Assembly: GCA_002269645.1 (NCBI GenBank) | Contig: NIVC01000446.1 | Span: forward strand, 248,001-312,000 | Source: Macrostomum lignano | Lineage: Eukaryota | Length of the DNA stretch: 64,000 nucleotides | Reading direction: 5' to 3' | Part shown: positions 12,601 through 24,937 of the stretch, in pieces | How positions within the stretch are numbered: position 1 is the first letter of the stretch | Layout: every line of letters starts with the position of its first letter | The notes under the pieces: model-generated | Database searches by the model: none | What the model saw: only the letters and a program-made list of their open reading frames with translations | What the model was told of the DNA's origin: nothing | Position numbers and translations under genes: made by a program

Positions 12601-13166
12601 TTAGTCAGATAAGTGCGTGGGTCAGGATGGATAATTGATCAGGTAAGTGGGCCAGCTAGGATGGATAATTGGTCAGGTAAGTGGGCCAGCTAGGATGGAT
12701 AATTGGTCAGATAAGTGGGCCAGCTAGGATGGATAATTGGTCAGATAAGTGGGCCAGCTAGGATGGATAATTGGTCAGATAAGTGGGCCAGCTAGGATGG
12801 ATAATTGGTCAGATAAGTGGGCCAGCTAGGATGGATAATTGGTCAGATAAGTGGGCCAGCTAGGATGGATAATTGATCAGGTAAGTGGGCCAGCTAGGAT
12901 GGATAATTGGTCAGGTAAGTGGGTCAGGATGGATAATTGGTCAGGTAAGTGGGTCACGGTGGATAATAGGTCAGCTTAGTGGGTCAGAGTAGATAATAGG
13001 TCAGCTAAATCAAAATGGGTCAGGATAGACAATAAGTCAGTTTAGGGGTAAGGAGAGGTAGATGAGATGTTTGGGTTAGGATAAGGCAAGTTACCATGTA
13101 TACATAGGCATTATTAACTTACTGGATGAAGCAGCAAAGTATTATCAAGCCGTGATCTAGATCCAT
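3604..13166 (-). CDS. Receptor C: type I membrane protein, signal peptide - CUB-like - C-type-lectin-like - TM - short basic tail
   Basis: Exons 13166-13123 and 12072-11777 give MDLDHGLIILCCFIHLSAAAFHYC...NCKWEFKI. There is a probable small exon near 11188-11100. Further exons: 9054-8804 (TNVLTVSY...YCGRDWLAFKGRCFFIS), 4687-4548, and 3960-3604 (TM VVVGVGVVVGVGVVVTFFVSICFIVF then KRRRRR). GT-AG phases agree except across the unresolved small exon. Confidence 0.72.
4240..5800. repeat. 23-26-bp minisatellite (GCTGGCCCAGCAACTGAGGATCTGGGAG) in three blocks: 4240-4370 (inverted), 4790-5340 and 5620-5800
   Basis: Units read directly; the first block is the reverse complement of the others. A ~200-bp unique segment is also duplicated (5360-5560 vs 5803-6000). 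Confidence 0.92.
6440..6820. mobile_element. Non-autonomous foldback-like element with subrepeat TIRs, a TAACCC-rich core and an 8-bp TSD (AACTCAGC)
   Basis: Arms are built from CATCACAAGCTCGAAAA / TTTTCGAGCTTGTGATG units. Flanks 6432-6439 and 6821-6828 are identical. Confidence 0.85.
7056..7418 (+). mobile_element. tRNA-derived SINE with a 10-bp TSD (GGAGCTTCTG), inserted in the mariner relic
   Basis: TSD at 7046-7055 and 7419-7428. The body matches the minus-strand copy at 43880-44230, which keeps A/B-box-like motifs. Confidence 0.85.
8290..8700. repeat. 22-bp minisatellite (GATTCTCATCAAGGTAGAGGGY), intronic
   Basis: Direct tandem units. Confidence 0.93.
9811..10444. mobile_element. Tc1-family palindromic derivative with ~260-bp inverted arms and a TA TSD, carrying the transposase N-terminus
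   Basis: TA|CACTCAGCAACATT...AATGTTGCTGAGTG|TA. The ORF MVQQMTDAERWRAVGM.EAGCTLRTVANHFGRSPSTVLRLLQKSTATGSV resembles the Tc1 paired-like HTH start. Confidence 0.85.
10673..10946. mobile_element. 274-bp MITE sharing the CACTCAGCAACATT terminus
   Basis: ~26-bp TIRs (YACTCAGCAACATTGWAAAGTCGCCA) flanked by TA. Confidence 0.8.
12095..13030. repeat. 30/34-bp minisatellite (GGTCAGGTAAGTGGGTCAGGATGGATAATT) filling receptor C intron 1
   Basis: Direct tandem units between the 13123 donor and the 12072 acceptor. Confidence 0.94.
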
Positions 13167-13837
13167 GATCTAACGGCAATTGTTAGCAGGTAACAAATTG
13201 TCAATTTAATTAAATATATGTAAAGCCATTACAGATAAAACAATGCAATACAATAAGGAAATTGAAATACTTACAATGTCCAAGGTCAGTATATCTAACA
13301 TTGACCAGTTATAGAAGAGGCTAGAAAAGACTTGTCCAGTGGATTTATCTGATTAAAGCTGAAATTTGATCATTTTTCCTATATTTTTTTATCAAATTAG
13401 ACAGTCATCTACTACATAGGCTATATAGAAAATAAACTGAAATAATAAACTATACACAGACTAGTGTATTATTGTTGCATATCAAAAAACTTTGTCAATC
13501 AAAAAAGAAAAAGACAATAATTAGACAAAAAATCCATAAATGGACCACTTACATATTAGTAGTATATATACGCCTAAATATTCTCAAACTGAATTGGGCC
13601 AATACAAAAGAGCTTTTGAAACGAAATATATTATAAACAATATAAAATTGACAATTTCTTTAAAAAAAGGGGAAATGCTTAGCTGTAAATAAAACTTTGA
13701 ACTCTCCACTTGTCAGATGCTTGTTAGTCACATCCACAGATAGTAGAATAACCAGATGGCCCACTCGGCACATTTGCGTGTAAGCTACTTTCAGTTCAGT
13801 AGTTAGTTAAACAGAAGCATTTTAATGTATTTTGAAG

Positions 13838-14424
13838 GGGTGCGCTTCATAAGACCTAAATTTCACAACGCCTAAATTTCACATCGCCTAAATTTCACAA
13901 CGCCTAAATGCAGCCTCCTTCACATCGCCTAAATTTCACATCGCCTAAATTTCATATCGCCTAAATTTCATAACGCCTAAAACCGAAAATGCATCCTACT
14001 TCATATCGCCTAAACTTCATATCGTCTAAATTTCACAACACCTAAAATTTCTGCACGCTCCTTCACATCGCCTAAATTTCATATCGCCTAAATTTCATAT
14101 CGCCTAAATTTCATAACGCCTAAAACCGAAAATGCATCCTACTTCATATCGCCTAAATTTCATATCGCCTAAATTTCATAACGCCTAAAACCGAAAATGC
14201 ATCCTACTTCATATCGCCTAAACTTCATATCGTCTAAATTTCACAACACCTAAAACTGAATGTGAAGGAGAGAAGCAAAGATTTTAGGCGTTGTGAAATT
14301 TAGGCGATGTGAAAGAGCGTGCAAATATTTTAGGCGTTGTGAAATTTAGGCGATATGAAATTTAGGCGTTGTGAAGTGTGGTGGTTTTAGGCGTTGTGAA
14401 ATTTAGGTCTTATGAAAGCGTCCC
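13838..14424. mobile_element. Non-autonomous foldback-like element with subrepeat TIRs and an 8-bp TSD (TTTTGAAG)
   Basis: GGG...CCC ends; arms made of CGCCTAAATTTCACA / TGTGAAATTTAGGCG units. Flanks 13830-13837 and 14425-14432 are identical. Confidence 0.88.
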
Positions 14425-14777
14425 TTTTGAAGCGAAGGCTCATTTATTGGCTCTGACCCCTAGCTTAAACCCCTAACATACCCCCTCCGTCCCGTCCCCA
14501 ATTTTTATTGCCTCTCTCGGAATTCCAGCCTAAAGCTGCCATGTACATTTCAGTGGACTGGCCAATGTACATTACTGCTGAACCAATTAGCAAGTTGTTT
14601 ACGCCTGCAAGCTTTGGGCTTCTAAACTTATCAAAGTCATTTCAGCTGCCTTTATTTTTATACTCGTAAAATAGCTTATGCATTATTCTTTACTACTGTG
14701 TCAAATTGAAAGTCGAAAGCTGTTTTGCAAAGTAATACATGCCTGAGTCACTTTAGTATCTTTGGGCCCATCTAGAG

Positions 14778-16141
14778 TCAACTATTCTCATTAACCTCGA
14801 TGAGATCAGAATAGGTATAGTCGCGAATCTGCGCAGCAATTGCTAAGCCAAGCATTGCCACCAGACAGCCAGCAAAAATGCCCAGGCCAGCTAACAGAAT
14901 TTGGAATTTTTTATCAAATGCATTAGGATCAACATCCGCTTTGGATTCTTCGCTGTCAATTAGTTCATCAAAGTCCGTATCGGCGTCGCGAGGCGGTGCG
15001 CATGGATACGCCCTGGCGTCGTAATTATTAGCCAACGAAACTAGCGGGAAACGGACCAGCGCTGGCAGTAGTGCATCGTCATCTTGACAGGTGAGATTCT
15101 GGGTGCTGGTGCTCATTGCGAAACGACAGGCTTTCCGTGGAGCCTTCTTATCCGACTGGCCGTCAGGTGCTGCAAACTTCCTGTGTTTTAGAAGCGGAAA
15201 TATCATCGATATTTCTTTCGACCCCATATCTCTCTACTTGATTGTTGAATCTCCCTCATTAACAAGATTGTTGAATTGATTGTTGAATCTCCGTCATTAA
15301 CAAGATTGTTGAATCTCCGTTATTAACAAGATTGTTGAATTGATTGTTGAATCTCCGTTATTAACAAGATTGTTGAATTGATTGTTGAATCTCCGTCATT
15401 AACAAGATTGTTGAATTGATTGTTGAATTTCCGTCATTAACAAGATTGTTGAATTGATTGTTGAATCTCCGTCATTAACAAGATTGTTGAATTGATTGTT
15501 GAATCTCCGTCATTAACAAGATTGTTGAATTGATTGTTGAATTTCCGTCATTAACAAGATTGTTGAATTGATTGTTGAATCTCCGTCATTAACAAGATTG
15601 TTGAATTGATTGTTGAATCTCCGTCATTAACAAGATTGTTGAATTGATTGTTGAAACTCCCTCATTAACAAGATTGTTGAATTGATTGTTGAAACTCCCT
15701 CATTAACAAGATTGTTGAATTGATTGTTGAATCTCCCTCATTAACAATACCCGAAAATTTGCGTCACTCACGCAAAGTCGTAAGTAATGCCTTCGTAGCA
15801 TCTCCTTACAGAAGTTGTAGCGTAAACGTTGCCGTCGCTTCCCAAGAAATTGCCAATCCACACCAGTTTATTTGCGGCCAGATCCAGCGGAGTGTTGCCA
15901 TGTCCGGAGCCTCTGTCACTGTCTAAATAGATGGATGGATAGGTAGATAGATAGACAGATAGCTGACAGACAGAAAGACAGACACACAGAAGGACAGACT
16001 GACAGACAGAAAGACAAACAAATAGACACACAGACAGACAGACAGACACACAGAAGGACAGACTGACAGACAGAAAGACAGACAGACAGACAGACACACA
16101 GACAGACAGACAGACAGACACACAAACAGACAGACAGACAC

Positions 16142-16184
<43 letters not shown>

Positions 16185-18062
16185 CACAGACAGACTGACA
16201 GACACACACACACACAGACAGACACACACACACAGACAGACGGACAGACAGACTGACAGACACGCAGACAGACAGCCAACAACCTACTAGCTTGAAAAAG
16301 CTCGGCAAACTCCCGCTGAGTGTCAAAGGCGACCAGCTCCCCGGTGGCGTGCTGGCTGAAGTTCCAAGCCTGCCTAAACGTGATCAGTCGGTTAGTAATA
16401 AAGTAGCACCAGCCCTTGTGGTGCAGCAGGCCGTGCTCGCAGTAATTCGCTTTCAACACGGTGGCTTTGAATTCGATGCCGCGGTATTCTTGGCCGATAT
16501 CGTCGGCCGGGAGTGGCCGCTCGGCCGACTTGAACTGCACAGTTAAGCTGCCGAGGCTGGCCGGGGGGCAGATTGAGCAATAATCAAAGTACATAAACTA
16601 CTATAATTGCATATAATATTTGCATGTATAACTATTCTATACCGATATGCAGACAAAATCAGAATTAAACCTACGAGGCGATCACGCTGAAAACAAGGAT
16701 CTCTCCCGTGCGTACAGCCATCCAATTTGAGCACCATTTTAAATGGCTAAATTGCACTGAAAAAAGTTAGACGAATATGATTTTTTATGTATAATAATGT
16801 CGATCTTTAACCATATTCCCTTGTTCTTGTCTCTATCTCCTACACTCATCATTACTCCCTACGCTTATCTTCAACTCCTACTCTTATCTCTACCCCTACT
16901 CTTATCTCTACCCCCTACTCTGATCTCTACTCCCAACTCTTATCTCTACTCTCTACTCTTATCTCTACTCCCTACTCTTATCTCTACTCCCTACTCTTAT
17001 CTCTAACCCCTACTCTTATCTCTACCCCCTACTCTGATCTCTACTCCCAACTCTTATCTCTACTCTCTACTCTTATCTCTACTCCCTACTCTTATCTCTA
17101 CTCCCTACTCTTATCTCTAACCCCTACTCTTATCTCTACCCGCTACTCTTATCTCTCTCTACCCTCTACTCCTATCTCTATCCCCTACTCTTATCTCTAC
17201 CCTCTACTCAAATCTATCCAGTAACCAACTTGCACTCACTAGATCCAACTTGAAATATGCCGTCAAATTTCATAGAGAAGACATCAACAATGGGTTGATT
17301 TGAGCAGGACTGCTCATGCAGGCGTTCAACAAATGCCAAATCTATAGTAGTTATGTTAATCATTATCTGAACGGTAGCAGACGTCCTTGACACCCTTAAT
17401 ATCCATTTGCAGTCGAGGTTTTGAGTGTAGCCTATTGTTCCAGTCTCTCTAGTCATTATTTTGTAAGCCTCAGTGCCTGACGGATCCATGTGCAGTGTTT
17501 GAGTTACTTTGTTAGTGCAATAAATATATTTGGAGACGGTCAAGTAAGGATCTGAAAAACGGTTTGTTCAATTCAGTGTAAGAAAAGTAGTTTTTGGTTG
17601 CGTTCAATGGTTTTGAGTTGGGTTCAAAGGTTTTTTAGTGGTTTAAATGGTGGCTTTTTGGATGGAGTTCACAGATGGTATTGTGGCTAGGTTTATTGGT
17701 TTTTGGTGTTGGGTTCAAGGCTGGCATTGGGGTTGGGTTCATGGGTGACATTGGGGTTGGGTACATGGGTGGCATTGAGGTTGGGTTCATGGGTAACAGT
17801 GGGGTTGGGTTTATGGGTGACAGTGGGGTTGGGTTTATGGGTGGCATTGGGGTTGCGTACAATGGTGGCATTGGGGTTGGGTGGCATTGCCTGCATGGCC
17901 CAATATAGTGCCCCTAATATTGGGGTTAGGTGGCACTGAGGTTGGGTTCAAGAGTGGTTTTCGGTGTGGTTGGAGGTTGTATTGCAGTTATAGCAGCAAC
18001 TATAAGCACTTACGCATCAATGATAATATAGAAATAAAGGCGACAGTCAATCGAAGACACAT
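14778..18062 (-). CDS. Receptor B: signal peptide - CUB - C-type-lectin-like - TM - short tail
   Basis: Exons: 18062-18014 ([16 protein letters not shown]), 17551-17240 ([13 protein letters not shown]), ~16590-16288 (SLTVQFKS...[17 protein letters not shown]), 15922-15772 (LVWIGNF), 15180-14778 ([25 protein letters not shown]). Phases agree except at the exon 2/3 junction. Confidence 0.78.
15240..15750. repeat. 38-bp minisatellite (TTGTTGAATTGATTGTTGAATCTCCGTCATTAACAAGA), intronic
   Basis: Direct tandem units. Confidence 0.93.
15930..16280. repeat. (GACA)n-type microsatellite, intronic
   Basis: GACA/CA runs; they explain the Cys-Leu-Ser-Val ORFs. Confidence 0.95.
16830..17210. repeat. ~19-bp pyrimidine-rich minisatellite (CTACTCTTATCTCTACCCC), intronic
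   Basis: Direct tandem units. Confidence 0.9.
17640..17960. repeat. 24-bp minisatellite (GGTGGCATTGGGGTTGGGTTCATG) in receptor B intron 1
   Basis: Degenerate tandem units; source of the Pro/Gly-rich spurious ORFs. Confidence 0.88.
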
Positions 18063-18779
18063 TGCAGTTCAATTACGTAGCCAAGACGCATGCATAATAT
18101 TAAAGAATGTTAAAGTTACACAATAAATCAGTATCAGTATCCTTGAAGTGCCTATTCGGATATAAACTAAAAGCTACAGCTGACTAAAGGACAAATAAGT
18201 ACTTTTGAAAGAAAAAAACACAAGAACTATTCGAACGCAAAGCGTTGTCATCAAAGCAAATTTAGGTAATTTCTTTTTCATTCCAGTCTTGGGTACAGCA
18301 TAAGTACAATATCAGACACACACAGATTACAGATTAAGCTGACAGGATGTCCGCTAGAGACACAAAAGTACACACACATGAGCCAGCAACAAAAAACAAC
18401 AAACTGCAATTATTGTCAAAATAGGGAAGCTGATAAAATATCGAGCAAAATAATATAACATTCTGCGCGGGTAAGGTCTAAAAGTACATTAGTGTATAAA
18501 TTATTAAGCTATATATGATATTATAATATTAGAAGCATTCCTGAAGTCCCTATCTTTATAAAAACGCTTACATACTCGGTGGCAAATTTATTAAAAAAAG
18601 GTATAATAAGGGTTCCATAAGGGTTTTATGCGTTCACATCTATCAACGGTAATTGATATTATTTACTTAATTTTTCTAAAAACAGAACGCAGTCTAGCAT
18701 AACAGGCATCTTTCTTGCGCATCTGCTTATTTAAAAAAGAAATAAATTTAATGATAATGTTAATTATCATTGTGAGTGG

Positions 18780-19860
18780 CTCAGTCACTAAATAACCGCT
18801 TATCAAGTCACTTAATGACCGCTCATTTAGCATATGAATGACTGCTCAAAAAGTCATTCAAATGACCGCTCGTTTAGCATATGAATGACTGCTCAAAAAT
18901 GCATTTAATGACCGCTCATAAAGTCACTGAATGACGGTTCATCCAGTCACTGAATGACTGCTCATCAAGTCACTGAATGACTGTTCATAAAGTCACTGAA
19001 TGACTGCTCATCAAGTCACTGAATGACTGCTTATCAAGTCACTGAATGACTGCTCATCCAGTCACTGAATGACTGTTCATAAAGTCACTGAATGACTGTT
19101 CATAAAGTCACTGAATGACTGCTCATCCAGTCACTGAATGACTGTTCATAAAGTCACTGAATGACTGCTCATCAAGTCACTGAATGACTGTTCATAAAGT
19201 CACGGAATGACTGCTTATCAAGTCACTGAATGACTGCTCATCCAGTCACTGAATGACTGTTCATAAAGTCACTGAATGACTGCTTATCAAGTCACTGAAT
19301 GACTGCTCATCCAGTCACTGAATGACTGTTCATAAAGTCACTGAATGACTGCTCATCAAGTCACTGAATGACTGCTCATCCAGTCACTGAATGACTGTTC
19401 ATAAAGTCACTGAATGACTGTTCATAAAGTCACTGAATGACTGTTCATAAAGTCACTGAATGACTGTTCATAAAGTCACTGAATGACTGTTCATAAAGTC
19501 ACTGAATGACTGCTCATCCAGTCACTGAATGACTGTTCATAAAGTCACTGAATGACTGCTCATCCAGTCACTGAATGACTGTTCATAAAGTCACTGAATG
19601 ACTGCTCATCCAGTCACTGAATGACTGTTCATAAAGTCACTGAATGACTGCTCATCCAGTCACTGAATGACTGTTCAAAAAGTCACTGAATGACTGCTTA
19701 TCAAGTCACTGAATGACTGCTCATCCAGTCACTGAATTGCAGCTCATAGAGCCATTCAATGACCGCTCATAAAATTACTGAAATGACCGCTCATTAAGCC
19801 AATGAATGACAGCTCATAGAGCCATTCAATGACCGGTCATAAAATTACTGAAATGACCGC
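18780..19860. repeat. 23-bp minisatellite (AAGTCACTGAATGACTGTTCATA) between MetAP1 and receptor B
   Basis: Dozens of tandem units with degenerate edges. Confidence 0.95.
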
Positions 19861-20066
19861 CCAGTTTCGTCAGCTAAACAGACCAAACAGAAAACTGTTA
19901 CAAAATCTAGACCCTCATATAGAGTACACGCATGCATATGTTTGATACTGAAATATTGGCTCCCTATTTGATTATAGTTGTATGCAGTTATTTAAACAAC
20001 AATACCAAAAACAAACAAAGCTGAGACCAAAAGGACATCATGCTCTTTATAAACTTGATAAATTAT

Positions 20067-20789
20067 TCACACTTGCGACATGAAAAACGGTCGCCCATTA
20101 TCAGCCAGCCGGCGGGTGAGCACATCGCAGCCGGTCTCCGTTACTAACAGAGTCTCCTCAAACTGTGCCGATCGTTTGCCATCAACGGTGACCGAAGTCC
20201 AATCGTCCTGCCACAGTTGATCCCGCCAGACGCCCAGATTAATCATTGGCTCGATAGTGAACACGTGACCGGGTTTCATCACGCCTACGGCTTTGTTTTT
20301 AGCGTAGTGCGGCACATTTGGTGCGCAATGGAACAGACGGTGGATGCCGTGGCCGCAGTAGGTTCGGACAACCGACAGGCCGGCCGAGTGCGCGTGACGC
20401 TGGATAATGTCGCCCATGTCGCGGAATTTCACCCCGGGTCGGACGGCTTCGATCGATTTTTGTAGGCAATCGTAGGCGGCTTGGACTAGGCGCTTGCTGT
20501 CCTCGTCCACCTGAAGATTTGGCAATATAGCATTCGTTACTTACATGCATACCATCGCTGCAGGATGCTTGTACGGCAAAGCGTTGGAAATAGATATAAA
20601 TAGCGCTTATAATTAGTTATATATCTCGAATTAGAAGTAGCTCGACTTATTTTGATAAACCAGGCATGCTGCGGTGGGGTTTAGATGAGCGATATCATAT
20701 ACCGGAAGGAAGAAGGAATGCATACGATATAGCCGGCAGATAGATGAGCTGACTGACAGAGGGACAAACAGACAGACAGGCAGACAGAC

Positions 20790-20826
<37 letters not shown>

Positions 20827-20829
20827 GGC

Positions 20830-20882
<53 letters not shown>

Positions 20883-22589
20883 GGCAGACAGACAGACAGA
20901 CAAATACTTGACTCACCTTTCCAACGAACACGGTCTCATTGAGGTCGCCGTGATGCTCCCGATGATAGCAGGTCACATCAATATTAACAATATCGCCTTC
21001 AACCAGCGGCCTCAGATCCGGTATGCCGTGACAGATCACTTCGTTAACGGATGTACAGCAAGATTTCGGGAAGCCGTAGTAGTTCAGAGGTGACGGATAG
21101 CAGTCCCGTTCGATGCAGGCTTCGTGCACAATCCGGTCGATCTCGTCGGTGGTGACACCGGGAGCAACGGCTCGCATGCCTTCTTCGAGAACTTCACGAG
21201 CCAGACGGCAGACTACTCGCATGTCTTCTAGTTCGGCATCGTCGTCAATAACTCTGAGCACTGATTTGCTCTGCCGCTCGCTGTACGGCGTGCCGTCATT
21301 CGAATAGTCGGGCCTGACGATTGAATCAGGCAGGGTGCGCCGGGGTGTCTGCCTGTGCGGCCGCAGCGAGCCAGTGAAATGATAGCCAGGCCAGGACAGC
21401 TCCAGCGGCTGCTGCTTGTCGGCGGCTAGCGCGCTGCCGGGGTGAAGCTTTTCAACTAGGGCATGCACTTTCTTGTGGTCCTTCCAGTAGCTCTGCGAGT
21501 GATAGTCGGAGGGAGAGAAGGTGAAGATGGCTGCGGGCGCGCTTATGCAACGCCTTAGGCGACATCGTCACACAGCACCAGCGCTGAGGCAATTCTGCCA
21601 ATTCGATGACTCCTGAGCACATTCAAGCGCCTCATCTTCGCCTGCGAGTGGCTATTTATATTTGTTTATTTACTTCTGTCTTATCCTTGTGTCTGCCTGC
21701 CTTTCTGCCTGCCTGCGTGTCTGTCTGTCTTTCTGTTTGTGTGTCTGTCTGTCTGTCTGTCTGCCTGCCTGCCTGTCTGTCTGTGTGTCTGCCTATCTGT
21801 CTGTGTCTGTCTGCCTGTCTGTCTGTCTGCCTGCCTTTTGCCTGCCTGCGTGTCTGTCTGTCTTTCTGTCTGTGTGTCTGCCTGTTTGTCTGCCTGCCTG
21901 CCTGTCTGCCTGGCTGCCTGTCTGCCTGTGTGTCTGTCTGTCTTTCTGTCTGTGTGTCTGTCTGCCTGTCTGTCTGCCTCCCTGCCTGTCTGTCTGTTTG
22001 TCTGTCTGCCTGCCTTTCTGCCATCCTGTCTGTCTGCCTGCCTTTTGCCTGCCTGCGTGTCTGTCTGTCTTTCTGTCTGTGTGTCTGCCTGTTTGTCTGC
22101 CTGCCTGCCTGTCTGCCTGGCTGCCTGTCTGCCTGTGTGTCTGTCTGTCTTTCTGTCTGTGTGTCTGTCTGCCTGTCTGTCTGCCTCCCTGCCTGTCTGT
22201 CTGTTTGTCTGTCTGCCTGCCTTTCTGCCATCCTGTCTGTCTGCCTGCCTGTCTGCCTGTCTCTGTGCCTGTATGTCTGTCTGCCTGGCTGTCTGTCTGT
22301 CTGCCTGTCTCTGTGCCTGTATGTCTGTCTGCCTGGCTGTCTGTCTGTCTGTCTGTCTGACTGACTATCTGTGTCTGTATGTCTGTCTGCCTGTCTTTTA
22401 GTAACAGATTCAGATGTAAACAATTCACAGTTACAGGTACAAGAAAGCAAATAAAATGCGATTACATTTCCTCACCTTAAAACAATCCTGGGCACAAAAA
22501 TACGAGCCGTCAATGCCGAGTTTAACGCAGGTTGGACAACGAAATTTGGCCTCCTTGCCGCAGTTGGGAGTTTCGCAGGTGGGCGACAT
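20067..22589 (-). CDS. METAP1: Methionine aminopeptidase 1, three exons, ~377 aa
   Basis: Exons: 22589-22476 ([21 protein letters not shown]...FCAQDCFK zinc finger), 21492-20917 ([34 protein letters not shown]), 20510-20067 ([26 protein letters not shown]). Both introns are phase 0 GT-AG. Confidence 0.95.
20750..20903. repeat. (GACA)n microsatellite in METAP1 intron 2
   Basis: Seen directly. Confidence 0.95.
21690..22400. repeat. (GTCT/GCCT)n compound microsatellite with a ~190-bp higher-order duplication in METAP1 intron 1
   Basis: Seen directly; explains the five spurious ORFs at 21606-22450. Confidence 0.95.
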
Positions 22590-24297
22590 TGCTGTTAAAT
22601 ATAATGCGTGTCAAATTATATCTTAGTTAAAAACTTGTTAGCATAAGCAGAGACGACGATTTGGCATGCATACAATAGAAAAGTTTAATTAATTCAATAA
22701 AACGAATTCATCATGAAATTAATTAAAGCTGTTCTAAATTTGGTTTCCCTACGTAGGTCTGTTAGTTCTTTGTCAAATAAATTACAAAGTAATTACTGCG
22801 CGCATCATTGCTATGCTTTTTGTTTATGAAAGAGATAATTGAGCCATCAGCAGCAACAAGCGTTCCTGAGTCCCTATGCATATGAAGGATGTACACAGCA
22901 AGATAAGCCAATCGTGCTCATCATATTAGAAGCGACATGTTTCGCTTATCACTGGCTTCGTGAATTCAGTGTCCTGACATCCATATTCAGGTCATGTGAT
23001 GATGCGTTCAATCGATCTCTTAGCCGATTCCATCCAAATGATGAGAACTCAAGCGAATGCAGCTGAAGGCGAGGCACATAGCAACTCGTGCACTTTTAAG
23101 CTGCTCAGTCACTCAAACGAAGCAATGCATCAACTAGAAAACATCATTCAGACTCTGGGATCAAAGAAGAGCCAACGGCACTTCATTCTAGCATGCCAAC
23201 CAACAGGGAAAGACGGACACAGAGACAGCGAATGCCAGTATCGATTTTCAAATCATTCTATAAAACGCATGCAAACCTGTGACTAAAATTTCACCTCATT
23301 TTGGACATTCCTACCCTGCAACACCCCTCTATGCAGATTCAAGGAAAAGTCTGAACAAAGTAATCTAAGAAAAGTGTATATACGAGCGTATTAACTGTTT
23401 TAAGTGCAACACACTGCAATCTCATTTAAATATTAGTATGAAATAAAAGAACTGCTCAACTACAAAACCAACCAATAAACCAGAGCAAGAAAAGACAAAA
23501 ACGTGGAGATGAGCATTAAGTAAAAATTTGGAACACTTAGGCTTGCATTGATTCAATAAGTAAATAATATAAGCACTGGTTAATAAAACTTATTTACATA
23601 AATTACAAAGTCGAAGCTCGTGTTGACTAGAACCAAATAGCACCTCAAATTGATGCAATATTTTTAAAGAAAAATCTAAACAAAGCTCGTTAGTAAAAAG
23701 AGGTTCTTCTATCTCGGCACAAACCCAGACATTACCAAAGTTTTCAGGCCTGAGAATCTCTGACAGCTCTTAGCTTCAGGCATGGTGACAGGGCTTAGCG
23801 GAATGGACGCACGCAGGCACTTCCCCTTTGACCCCTGCAGCTAAGTCAAGATAAGTTAAAAAGGCAAGCAGAGCTAGATAACACTTGAAAAAGTACAGAT
23901 AAAAAACTGAACTATAAGTAAAGTACGAGTACATTTTACATGGAAATTTTTACATTAAAAGTTTAACACACGTGCTTTGAATGAATACAAATTTTAACGG
24001 GGGTGTGCTTGTCCGAGTGAAAGACTACAAGAACACAAGCAAAAGTGCAGTTATATATGTTAATAACAATCGGGAGAACTCTCATTTACACTTCTACGAA
24101 GAAAGACCAAAACACACTAGAGTCTATAGATATTAGTAACGAAATTAGTTCAGCAAAACAGCACTTGTTTTTAAACACGATAGTGACTACAGCATTATCT
24201 GTCAGAGAGAAGAGAGCGGACAACGGAAACTATAAAAAGACACGTGTATGAGTCAACAGAAGGAGTCAGCAGTATGGGCAGAATTGCCGTCAGAGCT

Positions 24298-24742
24298 TAG
24301 ATAGCAAGCATCCCCCAGATAGCAAGCATCCCCCAGATAGCAAGCATCCCCCAGATAGCAAGCATCCCCCAGATAGCAAGCATCCCCCAGATAGCAAGCA
24401 TCCCCCAGATAGCAAGCATCCCCCAGATAGCAAGCATCCCCCAGATAGCAAGCATCCCCCAGATAGCAAGCATCCCCAGATAGCAAGCATCCCCCAGATA
24501 GCAAGCATCCCCCAGATAGCAAGCATCCCCCAGATAGCAAGCATCCCCCAGATAGCAAGCATTCCCCAGATAGCAAGCATTCCCCAGATAGCAAGCATCC
24601 CCCAGATAGCAAGCATCCCCCAGATAGCAAGCATCCCCCAGATAGCAAGCATCCCCCAGATAGCAAGCATCCCCCAGATAGCAAGCATCCACCAGATAGC
24701 AAGCATCCCCCAGATAGCAAGCATTTCCCAGACAGCAAGCAT
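24298..24742. repeat. 18-bp minisatellite (ATAGCAAGCATCCCCCAG)
   Basis: About 24 near-perfect units; one 17-bp unit shifts the spurious ORFs. Confidence 0.96.
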
Positions 24743-24937
24743 CTTGGTACTTTGGGACCCCATGTAGCCGCAGGCGTCGCACCAGGGTTGCCTACAGCCA
24801 AAACCATTGAGCAGGGTTTGAATTTGCATCAATCACATTCACACTACAAATTTGAGACACAGACTGTTAAATTTCTTGACAGCATTGGCTTGGATCCGCT
24901 CTCTTGTGTCTTGTCTTTTCCCTATCAGCAGTTTAAT

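Noticed and set aside
15768-16326. CLSV-repeat ORFs (likewise 20631-20903 and 21606-22450)
   Set aside because: GACA/GTCT microsatellite translations, apart from the short true exon parts modelled separately.
18780-19860. Regular repeat arrays considered as CRISPR
   Set aside because: Head-to-tail units with no unique spacers, eukaryotic context, no cas genes.
21493-21650. GC-rich stretch with ATGs upstream of METAP1 exon 2, considered as an alternative (mitochondrial-type) N-terminus
   Set aside because: Both ATGs hit stops or are out of frame with exon 2.
24253-24832. GGCLLS / LAIWGM / GDACYL repeat ORFs
   Set aside because: 18-bp minisatellite read in three frames.
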